Positions 1 through 7,293 of a stretch of 46,111 nucleotides of DNA are shown here, one piece after another. The stretch comes from Patescibacteria group bacterium. Lineage in GTDB: Bacteria > Patescibacteriota > Minisyncoccia > JACQLN01. The stretch spans positions 1 through 46,111 of the forward strand of contig JBBTRR010000007.1 in NCBI GenBank assembly GCA_038065095.1, written 5' to 3'. Both the position numbers and the translations under genes were made by a program. Under the pieces are notes generated by a model. The model made no database searches. It saw nothing but the letters and a program-made list of their open reading frames with translations, and was not told where the DNA came from. Every line of letters starts with the position of its first letter. The stretch's first letter is position 1.

Positions 1-49
1 GCCGCAAAGCGGCGAGGCAACTTCCCCCAAAAATCGCGAAAGTATTATC

Positions 50-124
50 TGGTGCCCCCATCAGGATTCGAACCTGAATCACGAGATCCGCAATCTCGCA
101 TTCTATCCATTGAACTATAGGGGC
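50..124 (-). tRNA. tRNA-Arg(GCG)
   Basis: Reverse complement folds as a cloverleaf; anticodon arm CGAGA-TT-GCG-GA-TCTCG, GGTTCGAATCC T-arm, encoded CCA. Confidence 0.93.
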
Positions 125-197
125 AAATTTTGACGGGATTGCGATTTGTCTTCAATCGCTACTCTCTTGAACAAATCGGGAACAATCTTGTGTCCTA

Positions 198-653
198 CTA
201 AAACTTTAAAACTCTGGCTAAAATATCCACCATAGATTCACTGTGTTCTTTTTCTGTTACAACTGGCAAAAGTAAATTTCTGATTGAATCTGGGCTTGTT
301 TCGGCCAGAGGAACTTCTAGGTGTGAATTAATAGTATTTTTACCTTCTAAGCTTAGAACATTACCATCCTCTCTTTCGAAAATCCAGAATGATTTAAAAT
401 CTTTTAAGTTATGATTTTTATCTCCAATTGTAAGAATTTCTGCATCTAAAGAAAATTCATATTCAGCAGGTTCTTTAACTGCATAAATATTTATTAAAGC
501 AGTTGAAATAAGTACAAAAACAGCCATAAGATAGCTTTTTAAAACTATAGCTACTACCACAAAAGCCAAAGCCAGAATCCACAAAGAAATAAACCAATTA
601 GGATGCCTTTCTGGTTGTTCAAATTCAAACGCCCGCCAAGTTAGTTTATCCAT
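198..653 (-). CDS. Conserved membrane hypothetical protein (two N-terminal TM segments; DUF5673-like)
   Basis: 151-aa ORF; W..FEF..PERHPNWF followed by a hydrophobic hairpin, family recalled from memory. Confidence 0.6.
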   Translation of the reverse strand: MDKLTWRAFEFEQPERHPNWFISLWILALAFVVVAIVLKSYLMAVFVLISTALINIYAVKEPAEYEFSLDAEILTIGDKNHNLKDFKSFWIFEREDGNVLSLEGKNTINSHLEVPLAETSPDSIRNLLLPVVTEKEHSESMVDILARVLKF

Positions 654-1663
654 TTTTATTTTTTGATCTCATTTTTTTTAGGGTATCTAAAATAAGCGCA
701 GTATTTTCTTTTTCTAATGTCATGTTGCCAAGGATTCTAAAACTTCCTTCGCCAAAAACTTGCTCTACTAACCTAGCGACAGGCAAGAGTCTGCCTGTTA
801 ATTGAGCCCCCAAAAAAACACTAAAAACAGCATCTTTGGTTTTATATTTTTCGGAAAGTTCTTGTTGTATTTCTTCGCATACGTAATTTAGTACTTGTCT
901 TTGTTCATAATAACCTAAACCAAGAGCCGACTCTTCTTCATTTAACCAATAGAACTCGTCTACTGGTATTTTTGATTTTTCCGAAATTCTTCTTATAGTT
1001 TCCATGGTTTTTTCTGATCGCATATGTTCTTTTTCTTTTTTTAAGATAGGCAATTCCATCATTCTTTTTAAAGATTTTCTTGTTTGTTCGGAAACTATTG
1101 CTTCGTGTAATCCGACAAAATGAGTATGAGGCGATCCTTCTCTTGTTGTTTTCTGTGATGTTCTTACAGAAACACCTTCTCTATAATTTGATGTTGTTGT
1201 TTCTTCTCCTTTTTTTTCAGCTTCCAAACTAAAATGGCTTTCTTTTAAGATGTAAGGTTTCGTGCATAGATATTTCCCCGAATTTTATAGGATTTTTTCT
1301 GGAGTAGCCCGCGTCAATTGCTATACCTTGTCTAAAAAAACTGGCCGCACCAGTACTATGCTGGTCTTCATTAAATTCTTTATGATATGTATCGTGAGGC
1401 AGTAGGTGGTAATTTTCTTCAGGAATAGCATATGGCTGTAAGCCATAGTATAGTAATAATCTGTTAGTTTCGGCGTTAGCAAAATTTATTAGTAATCTTT
1501 CCCCTCTAGTTTTTGGAACTTCGTGTTCTTTTAATATTTCTAGACTTGTTTCTGGTAAAGACTCAAGATGTTGAAAAAGATTTTTTTCAACTCTTTCTAT
1601 AGCTTTTTCTTTTTCTTCTTCTGGGGCATTGCCCACAACTCTAAATTCTGGTCCTCTTTCCAT
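646..1663 (-). pseudogene. Frameshifted zincin-like (HExxH) protein split into ORFs 1229..1663 and 646..1227
   Basis: HETLH at the end of the upstream ORF; removing one copy of a duplicated AAAG (CTTAAAAGAAAGCCATTTT) gives HETLHLKSHFSLEAEKK continuing in frame; downstream GLHEAI motif. Confidence 0.6.
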
Positions 1664-1679
1664 TGTTTTTTGAAAGAAA

Positions 1680-2021
1680 TTAGTTTTGATTAAAATACTT
1701 AAGATTAAATGCCTTTTTCATTAAGTCGAGGTTATACGAGATTTTGCTATCATCTATGCTTAGCTTATTTTCAAGTTGCTTCAAACTTTCTTTTAATTCA
1801 TTTTCCATCTTATAAATTTCTTTTTGAAATTCGCTTATATCATTGGGACGAGATGAATTAAATGCTTCACCCCGAACTAATCGGAAAAATTCATACATCA
1901 CAACAAGTTTAGGGTAAAGCTCTGGAAGGGTATCAGAGGAGATGGTATTTAGTTCCCCGATAATTAATTCGTGAAGGTCTTTTGTTAAATCGTACCATTC
2001 TTGAGGTTTATATGATTTCAT
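1680..2021 (-). CDS. Hypothetical protein
   Basis: 113-aa ATG ORF, helical composition, no recognised motif. Confidence 0.6.
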   Translation of the reverse strand: MKSYKPQEWYDLTKDLHELIIGELNTISSDTLPELYPKLVVMYEFFRLVRGEAFNSSRPNDISEFQKEIYKMENELKESLKQLENKLSIDDSKISYNLDLMKKAFNLKYFNQN

Positions 2022-2045
2022 ATGAAAATTATTTTATTTTCTAAC

Positions 2046-2135
2046 TGGCGGAGGCGGAAGGATTCGAACCTTCGGGGGGATTTCTCCCCCAACATCTTAG
2101 CAGGATGCTGCTTTAAACCACTCAGCCACGCCTCC
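2046..2135 (-). tRNA. tRNA-Ser(GCT)
   Basis: Cloverleaf with long variable arm; anticodon arm GCATC-CT-GCT-AA-GATGT; ends GCCA. Confidence 0.95.
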
Positions 2136-2143
2136 AAAAAAGC

Positions 2144-2788
2144 CTATAGCTTTAATACTAGTTTTTCATAAATACCCATAATATTCAACAGTAGCTTAAC
2201 ATCAAAGTATTTAACAGTGCATGTTCCCATATAATTCTTTCTTTTCATTTTTCTACCAGGTGATGTGATTGTAGGTTTATAAAACTGATTCTTATTTATT
2301 TTAAGTAAATTATGCCAAAAATTAGTAGCATCTTTTTTGTTGTGGGTATTATGTAGTTGTAGATGTACTCTTAACTTGTTTTCGTCTATATTGAAACCCT
2401 TTCTAAATAATTCCAAAAAAACTTTAACCAAAGTGGAATCACTATTAGAAAATGCAACAAAATTGCTTGCAGGATATTTGGAACCTTCGCACCAGTACAG
2501 CGTGGCAATCAAAATCTTGGCCATGTTATTGTTGATCTTGATTTTATTAACTAGAGAATGAAATTTTGTTTTTGCGTTTGACTCAAAGAGTCTGGCTGCC
2601 AGAAACGGTTTACTATCTGATTCTATATCTCTGACCCACCTTGATATACTGGATTCGGAAATTTTAAATTCTTTAGATAAATCAGTTATGGAAATGCCCT
2701 CTGATCTTCTATTTCTAACTCTAGAAAAAACTTTGTTATCGTGAAATTTCATATGCTTTATTATAACAAAATATCCAGCAGTTAACAA
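2144..2788 (-). CDS. HTH plus LAGLIDADG-like domain protein (likely start about 2752)
   Basis: N-terminal HTH (GISITDLSKEFKISESSISRWVR) and LYWCEGSK...FSNSD motif resembling a LAGLIDADG helix. Confidence 0.6.
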   Translation of the reverse strand: MLTAGYFVIIKHMKFHDNKVFSRVRNRRSEGISITDLSKEFKISESSISRWVRDIESDSKPFLAARLFESNAKTKFHSLVNKIKINNNMAKILIATLYWCEGSKYPASNFVAFSNSDSTLVKVFLELFRKGFNIDENKLRVHLQLHNTHNKKDATNFWHNLLKINKNQFYKPTITSPGRKMKRKNYMGTCTVKYFDVKLLLNIMGIYEKLVLKL

Positions 2789-2862
2789 ACCGCTTAGTGT
2801 TTATTGTAAGGGTCGCTGTTGTGATTGAAATTGAGTTATTTTTATAGTACCTTGTTTAAGAG

Positions 2863-2949
2863 GGCGGGGTGCTAGAGAGGTTTAATAGGCTGGTCTTGAA
2901 AACCAGAAGGGGTGCAAGCCCCTCGTGAGTTCGAATCTCACCCCCGCCG
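2863..2949 (+). tRNA. tRNA-Ser(TGA)
   Basis: Anticodon arm CTGGT-CT-TGA-AA-ACCAG, long variable arm, GAGTTCGAATCTC T-arm. Confidence 0.95.
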
Positions 2950-2973
2950 CTTTATAATTAAATATAAAAAACT

Positions 2974-3387
2974 ATGCCATCGGGACCAGAAATTATAAGA
3001 GGTTATGGGGATCAAAAAAAAGAAGATCACTCCGTGCTTTTTAGTGAAGACGAAAAGCCAAAAAATGGATCGCCAGAAACATTATCGGACGCAGATTTAG
3101 AAGGTATGTTAGAGAATTATGATTTGGTAGTGGAAGAAAAGTCTAAAGATATAAACGCTGAACAAGTGGCTAGGGTTTGGAATAGATTTTTTAGCGAGTT
3201 CGAGAAAAAACTTGTTTTTCAGAATGAAGCCGAATTTGAAAGATTATTAGAAAAATATAAAAAAAGTTTAGAAACGCACGAGAAAAACGAAAGCGAAATA
3301 GTAACAAAAATTGGAGTTATTAGATCATTACATAAACTGGTTAAAGAGAAAGATCCTAGAGCAGCTCTTATAGAAAACCCTCTTTAA
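2974..3387 (+). CDS. Hypothetical acidic/helical protein
   Basis: 137-aa ORF, stop overlaps the tgt start. Confidence 0.6.
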   Translation: MPSGPEIIRGYGDQKKEDHSVLFSEDEKPKNGSPETLSDADLEGMLENYDLVVEEKSKDINAEQVARVWNRFFSEFEKKLVFQNEAEFERLLEKYKKSLETHEKNESEIVTKIGVIRSLHKLVKEKDPRAALIENPL

Positions 3388-4616
3388 TGTTTAAAGTTTT
3401 AAAAAAAGATAGTTCGTCTAGGGCTAGGTTAGGTATTATAGAAACTCCTCATGGAATTGTAGAAACACCAAGTTTTGTGGTGGTGGGTACGCATGCCAAA
3501 GTTAGGGAGCTTTCCAGCCAAGATTTAGTTAGAGCAAAAACTCAACTTATTATTTCTAATACATATCATATGTGGCAGAAATTGGGTGATAAGGGTTTAA
3601 GAAAATATCCGGGCTTGCATGAATCTATGAATTGGCAGCGCCCTTTAATGACCGATTCAGGTGGATTCCAAGTTTTTAGTTTGGGTTTTGCGCGCGAACT
3701 TGGTGGTGGTAAGGTGGCAGGCAAGGGATTACTTCAACAAGAAAATACTCCGGAAGAAAATTTAGTTAGAATTACAGAGGATGGGGTTTATTTTAAAATA
3801 ATGAAACCCTCCTACTCCGAGGCTTCGGAGGGCGGACAATTTATAGAAGATTTTTTGAGTCCGAAAAAATCTGTTTGGATTCAAGAAAAATTAGGTGCCG
3901 ATATTATTTTGGCATTTGATGAACCAACTTCGCCTTTGCATGATTATAAATATAATAAGGAAGCCTTAGCGAGAACTCATAGATGGGAGAAGGAATCTTT
4001 AAAGGCAAAAACTACTAATCAAAAGATGTACGGAATTGTGCAGGGTGGATTATTTGAAGACTTGCGAAACGAAAGCGCCAAATTTATTGGCGGTTTAGAT
4101 TTTGATGGTTTTGCTTTAGGTGGTTCGTTTGGTTCTTCTTTTTCCGCCCCAGGCGGACCCGCCATGGGCGGGGGCGGTATAAATCCAAAACAATTCAAAG
4201 AGCTGGATTGGGTTATTCCATATTTACCAGAAGATAAACCTAGGCATTTATTGGGCATTGGCCTTGTCGCCGATTTATTTATTGGCGTATCTAAAGGCGT
4301 AGATACTTTTGATTGTGTTGTACCAACACGCGAAGGTAGGCACGGACATGTTTATATACCTAATGGCAGAATAGATTTAACAAAGGGGAAATACCACAGA
4401 GACGAAACTTTGCTTTGCCCCGAATGCGACTGTGCTGTGTGTACTGTAATTACAAAAGGTGAGCTTTACCAGTTATTTAAAGATAAAAATCCTCGTGCGG
4501 GTTATTTAGCTTCTTTCCATAATATTTATTTTTTTAATAATCTTATGGCTAAAATCCGCCAAGCTATTGCCGAAGATAAATTTGAAGAGTTGATGAAAAA
4601 GTATGTTTTGGTTTAA
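3387..4616 (+). CDS. tgt: Queuine tRNA-ribosyltransferase
   Basis: SNTYH, TDSGGFQVFSL, GIVQGG, KPRHLLGIG, DTFDCV, CxCxxC...H zinc site. Confidence 0.96.
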   Translation: MFKVLKKDSSSRARLGIIETPHGIVETPSFVVVGTHAKVRELSSQDLVRAKTQLIISNTYHMWQKLGDKGLRKYPGLHESMNWQRPLMTDSGGFQVFSLGFARELGGGKVAGKGLLQQENTPEENLVRITEDGVYFKIMKPSYSEASEGGQFIEDFLSPKKSVWIQEKLGADIILAFDEPTSPLHDYKYNKEALARTHRWEKESLKAKTTNQKMYGIVQGGLFEDLRNESAKFIGGLDFDGFALGGSFGSSFSAPGGPAMGGGGINPKQFKELDWVIPYLPEDKPRHLLGIGLVADLFIGVSKGVDTFDCVVPTREGRHGHVYIPNGRIDLTKGKYHRDETLLCPECDCAVCTVITKGELYQLFKDKNPRAGYLASFHNIYFFNNLMAKIRQAIAEDKFEELMKKYVLV

Positions 4617-4625
4617 AATGCACTT

Positions 4626-4832
4626 ATGGCATCTGTATTAACAAAAGATCAAAAGAATAGTGATTTTGTGCTTGTGCCCCGCAAGGAGTATAGGGAACTT
4701 TTAGATTTAAAAAAGATTTTAAAAAGTAAACTAGGCGAGATTAAAAATACCGATACCGCTATTAAGATTTATCTTAAAGAAAAAAAACAAAAAAAATTAA
4801 AAGTTCTAAGATCATTAGCTGACTTAAATTAA
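4626..4832 (+). CDS. Putative antitoxin
   Basis: Small ORF (FVLVPRKEY motif) directly upstream of a RelE-family toxin. Confidence 0.6.
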   Translation: MASVLTKDQKNSDFVLVPRKEYRELLDLKKILKSKLGEIKNTDTAIKIYLKEKKQKKLKVLRSLADLN

Positions 4833-4838
4833 GAGAGT

Positions 4839-5096
4839 ATGGTTATTAGAACCACCTCTAATTTTAGAAGATATTACAAAAGACTACCGAAATTTGTAAA
4901 AGAAAAAGCGTTAGAAAAAGAAAATATTTTTATAAAAAACCCTTTCGATTCCCGATTGGATACTCATAAACTTCACGGCAAGTATAAAAATTATTGGGCG
5001 TTTACCATTGTAGGACAGTACAGAATTATGTTTGCTTTTAGCAGTAAAAGCATTGTTGATTTTGTTAACATTGGTACACATGAAATATATAAATAA
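4839..5096 (+). CDS. RelE/YafQ-family type II toxin
   Basis: F.R.YK.L...NPFDSRLDTHKLHG..W.F...YRI.F...IGTHEIY. Confidence 0.85.
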   Translation: MVIRTTSNFRRYYKRLPKFVKEKALEKENIFIKNPFDSRLDTHKLHGKYKNYWAFTIVGQYRIMFAFSSKSIVDFVNIGTHEIYK

Positions 5097-5121
5097 CCTA
5101 TCGAAGTTCCACTTCGATAGG
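5097..5121. repeat. REP-like hairpin CCTATCGAAGT-N3-ACTTCGATAGG (second copy 39593-39613)
   Basis: Perfect 11-bp inverted repeat; same TATCGAAGT arm found 34 kb away. Confidence 0.7.
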
Positions 5122-5182
5122 GGGAACCCTAAATAACTAGGTAATTGTGAAAAGTCCTAATGTATATTAAACTATCATTATT

Positions 5183-5407
5183 ATGTCTACACAGGCACTA
5201 GCCCAAAAACTTAATAAGGAATTAGGGAAAATTAAAGAGGAAATGAATGGAATTAAAGAATATCTTTTTTCACCGCTCAAAGATTTAGAGGGAGAATACG
5301 TAAACTCTTTTGTAAAAAAAATATTGACTCGAGCCAGCCAGCGAGGTTCTTTCCGCCGTTTTAATAACAAAGAATCTTTTCTAAAACATGTCCGTTTTGG
5401 CAAATGA
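5183..5407 (+). CDS. Putative antitoxin
   Basis: 74-aa ORF (DLEGEY..SFVKK) overlapping a RelE-like toxin. Confidence 0.6.
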   Translation: MSTQALAQKLNKELGKIKEEMNGIKEYLFSPLKDLEGEYVNSFVKKILTRASQRGSFRRFNNKESFLKHVRFGK

Positions 5408-5681
5408 AATTATTTATGATAGAGATTTTATAAAAGATGTTCGCCGTTTGCCTGCCGAGTCGCAAGACAAACTAGCCGATCTCCTCTTAATTTTAAAAAA
5501 AAATCCATTTGATTCATTGCTTCATACTAAGCCCTTGAGCGCTCCGCTTCAGGGGTTGTTTTCTTTCCGTATAACCAGAGATTATAGAGTTGGATTTAAG
5601 TTCCAATCCACTCGCGTAATTCGGTTGTTGGTGGCCGAGAGGCGAGATAAAATATACAAACGTCTTAGTCGAAAAGTTTAA
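5388..5681 (+). CDS. RelE/ParE-family type II toxin
   Basis: F.KD.RRLP...NPFDSLLHTKPL...FSFRITRDYRV.F...RDKIY. Confidence 0.85.
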   Translation: MSVLANEIIYDRDFIKDVRRLPAESQDKLADLLLILKKNPFDSLLHTKPLSAPLQGLFSFRITRDYRVGFKFQSTRVIRLLVAERRDKIYKRLSRKV

Positions 5682-5686
5682 GCATA

Positions 5687-5715
5687 TTGACTTCTATTTG
5701 ACCGTATGCTACAAT
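5687..5715 (+). promoter_or_regulatory. Sigma70-type promoter of the DGR target gene
   Basis: TTGACT-17 bp-TACAAT with extended TG; strong AAGGAGG SD before ATG 5800. Confidence 0.6.
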
Positions 5716-5799
5716 TGTGGCGTACCTTAAAACTGGCTTATCTGGGGCTCTGGCGAATGCTGGAGTGAGGGATAGCCAAAACAAGGAAGGAGGCCTTAA

Positions 5800-6417
5800 A
5801 TGGCCCGCAAAGACGTAGCCGCAATCGTTAGTGGTGCTGGGTGGACCGCAGATTTCATGGGTCAGTTGATCAATGGTCTTTTGGCCAAAGGTCACGCGCC
5901 CGAGGAAATCCATTCACTGGTAACCGCGAAACAGCGGCCGGCGATGGATAAGATAGTAGAAGAAGTTTCCAGTTTCCTTCGGGAACTGGGCAACATCTTC
6001 TCTCTCACTCTCAACTACTATCTCCCCTTGGCCGAAGCCATCGCGATAGGGAAGTATGACGGAGTAAACAGCGACATCACCGAGGAACACTTCCCCAAAA
6101 CTCGCACCGGCACTACAGAGCTGGAGGAGGCTCAACTGGTTCATTTCAATCGTCCGATAGATTCGGACGATGCTTTGAAGGAACTGGACAAGATGGGTCT
6201 TCGTCCCGGCGAACTCCCCGAGCTTCTAGCTTTTGGGGCCAAATACCCCGAAAAGCAGAAAGAGTTTCCCATCATCGCGCTCGGGTCTGTCTGGCGCCGC
6301 CGCGGCCTTCGCGACGTGCCCGTTCTCTGGAGCGATTCCGGTGGGCGCAACCTGCTTCTCCTCTGGTACGACAGCTGGTGGTTCGATAGCTATCGGTTCC
6401 TTGCCTTTCGCAAATAG
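5800..6417 (+). CDS. DGR target (variable) protein, probable C-type-lectin-like fold
   Basis: 3' end is the VR matching the TR; C-terminal ...YRFLAFRK. Confidence 0.9.
   Translation: MARKDVAAIVSGAGWTADFMGQLINGLLAKGHAPEEIHSLVTAKQRPAMDKIVEEVSSFLRELGNIFSLTLNYYLPLAEAIAIGKYDGVNSDITEEHFPKTRTGTTELEEAQLVHFNRPIDSDDALKELDKMGLRPGELPELLAFGAKYPEKQKEFPIIALGSVWRRRGLRDVPVLWSDSGGRNLLLLWYDSWWFDSYRFLAFRK
6290..6413 (+). repeat. DGR variable repeat (VR)
   Basis: Aligns with 6747-6873; about 25 substitutions, all opposite TR adenines, plus one 3-nt gap. Confidence 0.95.
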
Positions 6418-6456
6418 TTTTAACCCTTGGAACCTTGGTTCCTTTGATCCTTAACC

Positions 6457-6492
6457 CCCGCAGAGCAACGTTCTGCGGGTTTTTCTTTTTTT
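6457..6492 (+). terminator. GC hairpin after VR (DGR homing cruciform and/or intrinsic terminator)
   Basis: CCCGCAGAGC-AAC-GTTCTGCGGG followed by a T tract, 40 nt after the target stop. Confidence 0.75.
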
Positions 6493-6746
6493 ATTACACA
6501 CTTTTTCTGTTAGAATATTTTTGGATACTAGGCTAATATGTTCACGGCTAAGGTTTTGAACGGCCGAATTCTGAAATTAACAAATGCAGAGTGGAAGCGG
6601 GTACGCCTTCTTTCAGCGTCGTTTGCTAGTTTCTTAAAAACAAAACTATTTGGTGCAAAATATTGGAGGGCTTTAATACCCCAAATTAGATTCAATCCCA
6701 AAAGTATTTGAGGGATGGTGGCACAGATGATATTTTGTACATTTTA

Positions 6747-6873
6747 TCTGGCAGAACCGCAACGGCAATCGCAACGTGCCCGAACTCTGGAGCAATTCCA
6801 GTAAGCGCAACCTGAATCTCAACTGGTACGACAACAGATGGAACGATAACTATCGGTTCCTTGCCTTTCACAA
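6747..6873 (+). repeat. DGR template repeat (TR)
   Basis: AAC/AAT-rich copy of the VR in intergenic DNA. Confidence 0.95.
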
Positions 6874-6893
6874 TTTGTTTTGTTCTCCCCGAT

Positions 6894-7220
6894 TTATTTG
6901 AGGGGAGTTTCTTTTTGTATTCCTTTTACCCAACCGCCAAGCATTTTCCCGATTTCTTCTAATTTACCCGATAGGGTGATATATTTTTTGTTGTCTAATA
7001 CTTTTAATTCCCACGAGATTTGCAGAAGAAACTTAAGCAGATCTAACTTTATTCCAGATTTTTTTAGGTACGGTATTTTTTGTTCTTTGCTTAAGTAACT
7101 GGCAACGAAAAGTAGTTCGATCGTATCTAAAAAATATTGATCAATTTTGCCACCAAGTGTATATTTGTGTTTTTTGGTAAAATGATTTTTGAATTCATCC
7201 CATAACCTATATATTTCCAC
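6894..7220 (-). CDS. avd: Avd-like accessory protein (four-helix bundle); true 5' end probably upstream
   Basis: F.KKHKYTLGGKI...IEL...LDLLKFLLQISWE..LDNKKY..LS..LEEIGKMLGGW; lies between TR and RT. Confidence 0.85.
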   Translation of the reverse strand: MEIYRLWDEFKNHFTKKHKYTLGGKIDQYFLDTIELLFVASYLSKEQKIPYLKKSGIKLDLLKFLLQISWELKVLDNKKYITLSGKLEEIGKMLGGWVKGIQKETPLK

Positions 7221-7246
7221 AAATTTTTGAATTATTGATGGGGTCT

Positions 7247-7266
7247 TGTGTGTGTGTGTGTGTGTG
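7247..7266. repeat. (TG)10/(CA)10 microsatellite between avd and RT
   Basis: 20-bp perfect dinucleotide run, the only one of its kind seen in the window. Confidence 0.95.
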
Positions 7267-7293
7267 AATAGGATTGCTTGTTGGCTTATTATT

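Noticed and set aside
1-60. att site or end of an integrated element at the tRNA-Arg 3' end
   Set aside because: Window edge; no second copy or recombinase visible to support it
5665-6454. Alternative-frame ORFs over the DGR target (5665..5913, 5914..6144, 6141..6350, 6233..6454)
   Set aside because: Shadow ORFs expected in a GC-rich gene; no motifs
7246-7293. RT N-terminal extension MCVCVCVNR from TTG 7246
   Set aside because: Translation of the (TG)10 tract; RT-like sequence begins at ATG 7294
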